Assembly: GCF_963921235.1 (NCBI RefSeq)
Contig: NC_086108.1
Location: 66,528,001-66,592,000, forward strand
Direction: 5' to 3'
DNA length: 64,000 nucleotides
Source: Mobula hypostoma
Taxonomy: Eukaryota
In this document: one piece after another, positions 36,574 through 46,160 of the stretch
Numbering within the stretch: position 1 is the stretch's first letter
Layout: every line of letters begins with the position of its first letter
Program-made: the position numbers and the translations under genes
Notes under the pieces: generated by a model
What the model was told of the DNA's origin: nothing
The model's database searches: none
Seen by the model: the letters and a program-made list of their open reading frames with translations, nothing else

Positions 36574-37530
36574 TGCCCCACATCCCCTTCGTACCCCATC
36601 TGTTATTTATTTAATATTTTTTCCTTTCCCCTTTTTTCTCTGTTTTTTTCTCCCTCTGTCCCTCTCATTATAACTCCTTGCCCATCCTCTGGGCTCCCTC
36701 CCCCTTTCTTTCTCCCTAGGCCTCTCCTCCCATGATCCTCTCCCTTCTCCAGCCTCATATCCCTTTTGCCAATCAACTTCCAGCTCTTGGCTCCATCCCT
36801 CCCCCTCCTGTCTTCTCCTATCATTTCGGATCTCCCCCTTCCCCTCCCACTTTCAAATCTCTTACTCTCTCTTCTTGCAGTTAGACCTGATTAAGGATTT
36901 TGGCCCGAAACGTCGACTCCTCCTCTTTCTATAGATGCTGCCTGGCCTGCTGCGTTCACCAGCATTTTTTATGTGTTTTGCTTATATTTGAATGTCTCAC
37001 TGCATAAGCAATATGAGTGAAAGAGATGTGAGGTAATGCTTCCTTGTATTTTGTGACTTTCTCGTTGAGATAAGTATGAGCTATTTGGCCTTGTAAAAAA
37101 AACAATATCAACATCTTACAACTAGAATAGCCCTTTGACAATGAACTCTGTTTGGTTTTCCTCCTACTAGTCACATATGTACAGCACTTTGATGTAACAA
37201 ACATAATTATATTTCATTTGATAGAGGCGTTAGGCAATCAAAGGAATGACACTTTATCTGTTCTCAGTACAGTCACAAAATGCCACAAAAATAATAAACC
37301 TTTGAAACTAGTTGTTTTCCTTCCTAAGATCCAATCACATTCAATTAAGTCATATAAATTTGAAATACTTGATTAAAATGTGATTCATTAAAAGCAACCA
37401 ACATTGGCATCATGATGTTATTTTCGGCTCTGATATATCACTGGAGGTGAATAGCCCAATTATATTTATTGGCCAAATGCAATGGCTATTTAGGCAAAGT
37501 ACCAGAGGCCAACCTGACAACAATAGGATA

Positions 37531-39770
37531 GCAAACACAAGGAAATCTGCAGATGTTGGAATTTCAGGCAACACACACAAAAACTACTACTGAACACAGC
37601 AGGCCAGGCAACATCTATAGGAAGAGGTACAGTCAATGTTTCGGGCCGAGACCCTTCGTCAGGACTAACTGAAAGACGAGATAATAAGGGATTTGAAAGT
37701 GGGAGGGGGAATGGGGAGATCCGAAATGATAGGAGAAGACAGGAGGGGGAGGGATGGAGCTAAGAGCTGGAAAGTTGATTGGCAAAAGGGATATTTTGCT
37801 GGAGAAGGGAGAGGATCATGGGATGGGAGGCCATGGGAGAAAGAAAGGGGGAGGGGGGAAGCCCAGAGGATGGGCAAGGAGTATAGTGAGAGGGACAGAG
37901 GGAAAAAAAAGAGAGAGAAAAAAAAAATTAATAATAAATAAATAAATAATGGATGGGGTACGAAGGGAAGGTGGGGCATTAACAGAAGTTAGAGAAGTCA
38001 ATGTTCATGCCATCAGGTTGGAGGCTACCCAGATGCAATATAAGGTGTTGTTCCTCCAACCTGAGTGTGGCTTCATCTCAGCAGTAGAGGAGGCCGTGGA
38101 TAGACATATCAGAATGGGAATGGGATGTGGAATTAAAATTTGTGGCCACTGGGAGATCCTGCTTTCTCTGGCTGACAGAGCGTAGGTGTTCAGTGAAACT
38201 GTCTCCCAGTCTGCGTCGGGTCTCGCCAATATATAGAAGGCCGCATCGGGAGCACCGGATGCAGTATATCACCCCAGCCAACTCACAGGTGAAGTGTTGC
38301 CTCACCTGGAAGGACTGTCTCGGGCCCTGAATGGTGGTGAGGGAGGAAGTGTAACGGCATGTGTAGCACTTGTTCCGCTTACAAGGATAAGTGCCGGGGA
38401 GGGAGATCGGTGGGAAGGGATGGTGGGGACGAATGGACAAAAGAGTCCCATAGGGAGCGATCCTTGCGGAAAGCGGGGGAGGGAAAGATGTGCTTAGTGG
38501 TGGGATGCCATTGGAGGTGGCGGAAGTTACAGAAAATTATATGCTGGACCCGGAGGCTGGTGGGGTGGTAGGTGAGGGCAAGGGAACCCTATTCCTAGTG
38601 GGGTGGCTGGAGGATGGGGTGAGAGCAGATGTGTTTGAAATGGGGGAGATGCGTTTGAGAGCAGAGTTGATGGTGGAGGAAGGGAAGCCCCTTTCTTTAA
38701 AAAAGGAAGACATCTCCTTCGTCCTGGAATGAAAAGCCTCATCCCAAGAGCAGATGCGGCGGAGGCAGAGGAATTGCGAGAAGGGGATGGCATTTTTGCA
38801 ATGGACAGGTTGGGAAGAGGAATAGTCCAGTTAGCTGTGAGAGTCCGAAGGCTTATAGTAGACATCAGTAGATAAGCTGTCTCAAGAGATAGAGACAGAA
38901 AGGTCAAGAAAGGGGAGGGAGGTGTTGGAAATGGACCAGGTAAACTTGAGGGCAGGGTGAAAGTTGGAGGCAAAGTTAATGAAGTCAACGAGCTGAGCAT
39001 GCGTGCAGGAAGCAGTGCCAATGCAGTCGTCGATGTAGCAAAGGAAAAGTGGGGGACAGATACCAGTATCGGCTTGGAACATGGATTGTTCCACAAAGCC
39101 AACAAAAAGGCAGGCATAGCTGGGACCCATACGGGTGCCCATGGCTACACCTTTAGTTTGGAGGAAGTGGGAGGAGCCAAAGGAGAAATTATTAAGAGTA
39201 AGGACTAATTCCGCTAGACGGAGGAGAGTGGTGGTAGAGGGGAACTGGTTAGGTCTGGAATCCAAAAAGAAGTGGAGAGATTTGAGACCTTCCTGATGAG
39301 GGATGGAAGTATATAGGGACTGGACATCCATGTGAAAATAAAGCCGTGGGGGCCAGGGAACTTAAAATCATTGAAAAAATTCAGAGCGTGAGAAGTGTCA
39401 CGAACATAGGTAGGAAGGGATTGAACAAGGGGGGATAAAACAGTGTTGAGGTATGCAGAAATTAGTTCGGTGGGGCAGGAGCAAGCTGAGACAATGGTTC
39501 TACCTGGACAGGCAGGTTTGTGGATCTTGGGTAGGAGGCAGAAACGGGAAGTGCGGGGTGTGGGAACTATAAGGTTGGTAGCAGTGGATGGGAGATCCCC
39601 TGAGCTGATAAAGTTGGTGATGCTGTGGGAGACAATGGCCTGGTGCTCCTTAGTGGGGACATGATCGAGGGGTAAATAAGAGGAGGTATCCGCTAGTTGT
39701 CGCTGTGCCTCGGCAAGGTAGAGGTCAGTACCGCAGACTACAACAGCACCCACCTTATTGGCGGGTTTTA
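37531..39770 (-). mobile_element. Penelope-like element (RT + GIY-YIG), frameshifted and 5'-truncated
   Basis: Minus ORFs: LLPKIHKPACPGR, MDVQSLYTSIPH, QTKGVAMGTRMGPSYA, YIDDCIG, CKRNKCYTC, IYCIRCSRCGLLYIGET; full terminal repeat with a CpG-decayed hammerhead at 37631-37666. Confidence 0.95.
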
Positions 39771-40666
39771 TAGATAGTATAGTATTGTGGGTGGTGGGGG
39801 TGGTGGTAGTGAGAGGTGAAAGAGGTTAGGCAGGTGACAGAACAGAAAAATAAATAAAAAGAAATCACATCAAATTATCATTTATAACAGTAATTAACAA
39901 CTTTCAAATGTTCAATTGCTGAGAATGTGTTTACTATCAGTTCATTACTTACCTAGAGAACCATGGTTTGAAAAAAGAATAGTGCCCACTGCTGGGAAGT
40001 CATTGATTGCTTTCATTGTAGTGATCTTCATGCTGAACAAAATTAGCATAGGGGACTGCAGAGGCTGTGCAGTGATGGGTTTCTATACAGTGTCAGTCTC
40101 GTGCCCTCAATGTCAAGGTCACTTTTGAAAGTCAAACACTTTCACAGGAATCACAGTTAGGGCAAGTGCATGATGTCCAGACCTGAAGTCTTCCAAGTCA
40201 CCCATTTCTGGAGGAATTGTGTATCCTTGACTTCCTCCCACCCATCTTTACTTAAGCAACATTGGCTGTATCTGTACATTGGTGTCAGTTTTTATTCCAA
40301 ATACATTTAAATTCTAAAGGTGCAACATAATGCAGTGAGCCATATGCCCACCAAGGGTCCCCAGGGGCCACCATATGCCTTTCCAGGTGGACCTGCAGGA
40401 TTTTTGTTGGAGCCACAAGTAAAAAAAGCAGAAGTCTGGGAGCCACATGAGTTTCTAAATGGGCCACGATAAGTTTACTGCTTTAGTGAGATATTACTAA
40501 AATATTTTATATTTTACTGTTACAACATTTTATTAATATACATTTTATTTCATTTTTACAATATTTCTGCTGTTATGAATCAGAGCACATATGAAACTAC
40601 TCAAGTCATCCCCTTGAGCAACTCAACAGTGTTGAAGCGTATAGATGAGATGTCAGATGATATGGG

Positions 40667-41792
40667 AAATCCTGCCTAAGTGACTATCGTCCTGTGGTAT
40701 TAATATCAACCATTATGAAATGCTTTGTGTGGCTGGTCGTGGAGCACATTAAAGCCTTTCTCCTGGCTTCATAGGATCCTTCCAGTTTTCTTATCGCTTG
40801 AATCGATCCAGTAATGATGCCATAGGGTATGAGCTGAATTGAGGTGGCGGGGCACCGGCCTGAGAGCATATCAATGCAGTAAGGTGTGGGTCGGAGACCA
40901 GGGTCTGGACGATTTAAGCACCAGGCCAGACTGAAAAGGACAGAATGTCAGGGCTGAATGCGGGGCACGGGCCGATTCATCTCGTTCCTTTGCACCGAAC
41001 TGCAGCTGTGGCCTGCAACTATTGCGGTGTGAACTAACTTGTGTGAACTTCAGTTCTGATGCTATTTGCTTACTTTTATGTTTGCACAGTTCTTTTTTGT
41101 TTTTTTCTCTGCACTTTGGGTGTTTGACGGTCCTCTTTTGTTTTAATGGGTTCTGTTGTGTTTTGTTGCTGCCTGTAAGAAAACAAATCTCAACTTTGTA
41201 TAAAGTATACATACTTGGATAATAAATGTACTTTGACTTTGATTTTGACTTTGTCTATGCCCTCCACTCTGTCCTGTCCCACCTGGAAAATGTGTCTCAT
41301 ACGCCAGGTTTCTGTTTCTAGACCAGTTCAGCATTTACCCCAGAAACTGGTGGGGAAACTGTCCTCGCTGTGACTCACCGCCTCAGTCTGTAACTGGATC
41401 CTGGATTTCTTAACAGAAAAGCTAGTCAGTCCGTGTGGGCAGCTAAGTCTCTAGTTCCATTATGCTGAGCACAGGTGCGCCCCAGCACTGTGTGTGCTCA
41501 GCCCGCTGCTGTTCAGACTGCTGACACATGACTCTGTCGCAGGCTGTTAGGGCTCCTGAACTCCCTGCTACAGTGCACTCAAAAGTGTCACCGGATAATT
41601 TGTACTGCACCCTAGAAAATTTATGCACTTTACTTTGTTTATCTATGTGTAATTCATTTGTATATTTAATTATTACTTTCCCAATTTATTGTGTGCTATA
41701 TTTACTACTGTGCTTTAACACCCTAGTCCAGAGAAATGCTGTCTTGTTCACTGGTATACATGTATATAGTTAAGTAACAATAAACTTGACTT
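40667..41792 (+). mobile_element. two Rex1-related fragments inserted in the hAT transposase
   Basis: First ends AATAAA + (ACTTTG)n at about 41250; second has Rex1 RT remnants (tggatcctggatttcttaac, agcacaggtgcgccccag...tgtgtgctcagccc) and ends aataaacttgacttg. Confidence 0.65.
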
Positions 41793-42613
41793 GGAAAAAG
41801 AACTAGATGCATAGCTGCAAGTTAAGAAGTTTGCCCTGCAAATCAATGAAAACACTGTATGAGATAATGAAGCCCTTTTGATGATGTATGTTAGGCTTTT
41901 GAATGGTCATCAGGCCAGTGAGGTTATGCTTTATGCCCAAAAGCTGAAGACAGGTGAAGGTGAAAGGTGAAACAATTTTTGAAGAAGTCAAGACTATTTC
42001 TTGGAAGAGAGTATTCCACTGGAAAATGTAATGGTTTGTGCAACTGATGGTGCTGCTTCAATAACAGGAAGATACAGGATTCATTGCTCATTTAAGAAAT
42101 GGTGTTATATGGTGTTAAATGCTATCCCTGAAGTTTCTGTCATACACTGTCATCCACCTTCAGCATTTGGTTGCAAAAAAATTAAGACGAAGGTTGCAGT
42201 AATAATGGCTGTCAACTTCACCAAAACAAATCCTCTTCAAGATCGTCTTTTCTGACAACTGTGTGAGGAAAATGAAGACTGATTTATGAGGAAAATGATT
42301 CTGAATAACTACTAATGCATACAGAGGTTTAATGGTTATCAGAAGTTATTTGTCTTTGTTGCTTTGTAGCATTTCTAAGTGATAAGCAGCCTAGAGAACT
42401 AATTGTTGCTCATAAGTCTGACACATTTTACCTGTTAGATACGTTTGAAAGATTGAATTTATTAAACAAACAATTATAAGGAAAAAACTGCAATCTCATA
42501 TCATGCAATGAGGCTATCACTGTTTTCCTTGGAAAAGTCAAACTTTTCAGCAGCAAAAGCGGATGTCATGAGTTTAAACTATTTCCTTCACTGGCCACTC
42601 TTAAAATAAAATT

Positions 42614-42667
42614 TTGTGGGCCAAAGGGCCTGTATTGTGCTGTAGGTTTTCTCTGTTTTTATGTTTC
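42614..42667 (+). mobile_element. 54-bp CR1 3' terminus insertion
   Basis: Near reverse complement of the CR1 end at 52951-53003; 7-bp TSD taaaatt at 42607-42613 and 42668-42674. Confidence 0.8.
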
Positions 42668-43170
42668 TAAAATTGCAGAATGATGATCTGATTGTATATC
42701 TTGATCATTTGAAACAACTGCACACTGATATGGAATTTCAGCCAGAGTCCTGCTGGAGATGCATATTCCAGATTGGGTCGTGGATGTGAATGATGTGGAC
42801 AGCACATTGCAAGAATGTCTTTTTGAGCTGCAGAGTGATATAACAGCTCAAGCAAAATTCAAACACAGCAAGAAAAATTCTGGATAACAAGTGATAGTCA
42901 AAATAAATTTCCACAGCTCTGGGAGAAACCAAAGTTGTTTTTAATTGGGTTTCCTACCCCTTATCTAGTTGATTGTGGTTTTAGTCAAGCTCTTCATCTG
43001 CTATCAAAAGCTCATAACTGCCTTGATGTTGTATTAAGGAATGATCTTTGATTATCTTTAGCTGTGTTGCATCCAGATAGTCAAACGCTCACTAGTTTGC
43101 ATAAGTTGCAAGGATCTCACTGAGTACCCAAAGTAACAATATTAAGTGCTTTTTCATTGCTTCTGGTTGG

Positions 43171-43631
43171 TCGGTTAGCATCCATGTGTCTCAATGGACA
43201 AAGGATGATCATCATCAGCATCACAAGCCTGGGCGGATGGTACAGAAATCCTGAGATGCCCAGTTGTCAAGATCTCTCTCTCAGCCTCACCAGTATAGTC
43301 CAAAGGAAAGCTTATGAAGCAATACGTTTAGCACCAGCTTGGTTGCAGGAGCTGCTGGAAGGATGTTCAATGATGTCCAGCTGCCTTAGGGGCTCTGGAT
43401 TTGCTGTCTGGGTTTACTCCCGTAACCTTCATCTCTTCCAAAGCTGCCCACAAGGCAATGGGGCTATTTATCCATAGCTGGACACCTGATTCATGAACAC
43501 CAGGGCATGTCAACGCAGCAGTGGGCCTGCGTGCTATGTATGCGGAGGCCAGGTCTCCTCCCCATCTTCTGTAGTTCAGCCAAAGTCCAAAAGGAGTGCA
43601 GTTTCCGTGAATCACCAGCGAGGAGGCACTA
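43171..43631 (-). mobile_element. non-autonomous RTE-derived element with an HDV-like ribozyme head
   Basis: 8-bp TSD ctggttgg (43163-43170 and 43632-43639); minus-strand 3' end CATCC...GGATG stem followed by ctaaccga and the TSD ccaaccag; body homologous to 8272-8871; no ORF2. Confidence 0.7.
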
Positions 43632-43632
43632 C
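43571..43632 (-). ncRNA. HDV-like ribozyme fold, 5'-truncated (P1 5' strand missing)
   Basis: Minus strand: P2 GUAGU, P3 GCC, L3 UCCUCGCU, P3' GGU, P1' GAUUCAC, P1.1 GG, P4 region, J4/2 G-C-UGA, P2' ACUAC. Confidence 0.7.
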
Positions 43633-44367
43633 TGGTTGGAAGAATATTATATTATGTTTTAAATAAAGTAACCTATTCAGAGCTTTGAAATAGATTTATT
43701 TTTCATAGGTACTTGTGACATTATATTTAACATAATAATACCTATGAACTGTTAAAACATAAATATTGACTTATATTAGAATAATTAGTACAGTTGACCA
43801 AAAAAATACTTTAGTAAAACTAACTGAGACTATGGAGGGTGGAGGCCACAGAGATAAATGAAAGTCACAAGTGGGCACCAGCAGAAAAAGGTTAAGAACC
43901 ACTGACATAATGCACATTGTTGTTGAGAATTGTCTGTTCTCAAAAGTGACTCCTCTAAAGGTAGGAACTTAGAAACCTCTTTATTCTAGGGTTTTTCATA
44001 AAAGGGAGTAACAGTGAAGAACATGTACTCAGTGGTTTCAATATTGGTCAAAGGAACACATAAAAATTATAGTGTTCTAGCTTTCCAGTCATTTACAAGT
44101 TTTACACATCTTATCATTATGAAATATCTTTCTTATGGTAATATAAACATTTGTTGAACTACTGCAGCACAATCATCTAGCAATGATGTAAAAATACAAA
44201 TATTTGTGTCCAAAAGCCAATAACCCAATGTATCTCAGCTCTAAGGAAGGACATTTTTAATATGTTTTACTGGTGACATTTATTTGGTGAAAACCCATCT
44301 GCTAAGTTCCATGAAAGCACTGTAATTCAAACCTTTTTAGAAAGTTTATTCAATACAGTTGGGTGTT

Positions 44368-45891
44368 CTTCTTCTGAGGTTTTATGGTGGTTGGCAGACA
44401 GCTTTAAGGTGCATTACCACCAACTTCTGAACAGGGGTGTGGGTCAGGATATCTAAATCCTATATATTTATATTTGTATCAAATTTTATGAAAAAGACCT
44501 GTATTCTTAAGGAATACCACTATATTTTAAAGCAATAATCCTGTGATTCTTTCTGTGAAGTACTGTTAATGTTAAATTGTATTTTATTCTGTGATAACTT
44601 TAAAATCAATCATCCCTTCTCTTGATTATATCTTGAACACCTCACCAGTACGTGCTCAACCGTTCCTTGTTGATGACAATACTCACACCTCCTATTGTGT
44701 TTCTTCATTAAAAACAATGTACAATTTAATCCTGTGTACCCAAACCTCAATCTCAATATTATCACCTCCCCCCCCCTTACTCTTTCCTACGTTCCTCAGC
44801 CATCCCACTTCTTTCTGGATAACATAAAGATATCTTCCTCTTCTCTCTTCATCCCATTGTTTTTTCCACATTTTTGTTTATTTCACTTAATAATGTTTTT
44901 CATTTCTCCTTTTCTGTGATTTATTTGAATATCCGCTTCTGCTCGTCTAGTTGTCTGCTTTGCTAATCTATCTGCTTGCTCATTGCCTCCAATACCAACA
45001 TGTGGAATCCGCATAAAACATATACAGAGTCCCATCGTTTTAAGTCTAAATAATGTTTGTAGTATTTCACACAGAATGTCTGGTCTTGCCTCTGAATGTA
45101 AATCTTTTAGACTCCTGATTGTTGTGCTTGAATCAGACAATATTACAACTCTTGTCCATCTCACTTCCTTCGCCCACTGCAGAGTGAATAGACCTGCGGT
45201 CATTTCACCTGTGTACATTGAGAAATCATCATTTCTCCTCACCTGCTTTTTACTGTTAAAAGCCAGGCACTATGAATCCTACTCCTTGCTACTATTACCA
45301 TTTTTGGATCATCTGTATATATTTGTAAATATCTATAATGATTATTGTTTATTTAAGATTGAACTATACCTTGATTTAAAATCACTTCTCTATTTCTCTG
45401 TCTTCTTTTGAATAATTTAAGATCCACCTCTGGTGCTTCAAGCAGCCTTGGAGGCACCCCAGGAAAAGGCATCATGGCATTTCCTACCTTATTGATAATT
45501 CCTGTCCTTTCTGCTTTTCCTTCAATAGTCCATGCAAAAATTCCAATTTTCTTTCTTTCCTTTTCACAGCATGGATCTGAAAGCTGTTTTGCTGGGTGGT
45601 TTTCTCCATGTCCTTGTAGGTTTACCCAATATGTTAACACAAGCTGTGTCCTTCTCAGTTCCAGAGGTGTCTCTCCCAACTCCATCTGCATTGCCACCAC
45701 TGGTGTGTCCTTATTGCCCCACAGATTAACCTTATTGCTTGACTTTGACCTATATCCAGTTTCTTGAGCGTACTGTGTAATGCTGATCCATATACCACAC
45801 TTCCATACTCCAGTATTGATCTTATTGATCCTCTATATATTGCTTTCAAGGATTTCCTATCAGCTCCCCATTCCTTTCCTGTCAAACAACT
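44368..45891 (-). mobile_element. RNase H-containing LINE (Nimb/I group), 5'-truncated and decayed
   Basis: WGADRKSLKAIYRGSIRSILEYGSVVYGS (RT C-terminus); VILSDS...IPHVGIGGNEQADRLAK (RNase H); (GAA)n tail; possible aged 12-bp TSD cagttgggtgtt (44356-44367) / cagctggatgct (45892-45903) differing by three transitions. Confidence 0.85.
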
Positions 45892-45927
45892 CAGCTGGAT
45901 GCTAATAATGAATGGAACTATTTAATT

Positions 45928-46160
45928 TAGACCATAAGACCATAAGACATAAGAGCAGAAGCAGGTCATTTGGCCCATCAAGTCTGCTCCGCCATTCAAT
46001 CATGGGCTGATCCACTTCATCCAGTCATCCCCACTCCCTGCTTTTATCCCATACCCTTTGATGCCCTGGCTAATCAAGAGCCTATCTATCTCTGCCTTAA
46101 ATACACCCAATGACTTGGTCTCCACAGCCACTCGTGGCAACAAGTTCCACAGATTTACTA
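45928..46160 (-). mobile_element. CR1 3' end with (TCTTATGG)n tail
   Basis: agaccataagaccataagacataagagcagaagcaggtcatttggccc. Confidence 0.85.

Larger units (their letters stand above)
34490..36981 (+). mobile_element. Penelope-like element (RT + GIY-YIG) with an inverted terminal-repeat arm at its left end
   Basis: 34490-34808 is the reverse complement of the PLE 3' end; body runs about 34812-36981; perfect 13-bp TSD ttatatttgaatg at 34477-34489 and 36982-36994. Confidence 0.95.
40333..43904 (+). mobile_element. hAT DNA transposon, Charlie/Buster group, decayed, with nested insertions
   Basis: 8-bp TSD ACATAATG (40325-40332 and 43905-43912) with central TA; right end AAAAAGGTTAAGAACCACTG, left end CAGTG; transposase remnants IPLSNSTVLKRIDEMS (40.6 kb), CATDGAASITG (42.05 kb), FPTPYLVDCGFS...LQGSH* (ends 43123). 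Confidence 0.9.

Noticed and set aside
37521..39780. TSD for the second long PLE (ataggatag / atagatag)
   Set aside because: Short, imperfect and low-complexity; not comparable to the 13-bp TSDs elsewhere.
42001..42255. Domesticated ZBED/SCAND3-like gene
   Set aside because: Multiple stops, frameshifts and nested insertions, with TIR and TSD still present: a dead transposon.
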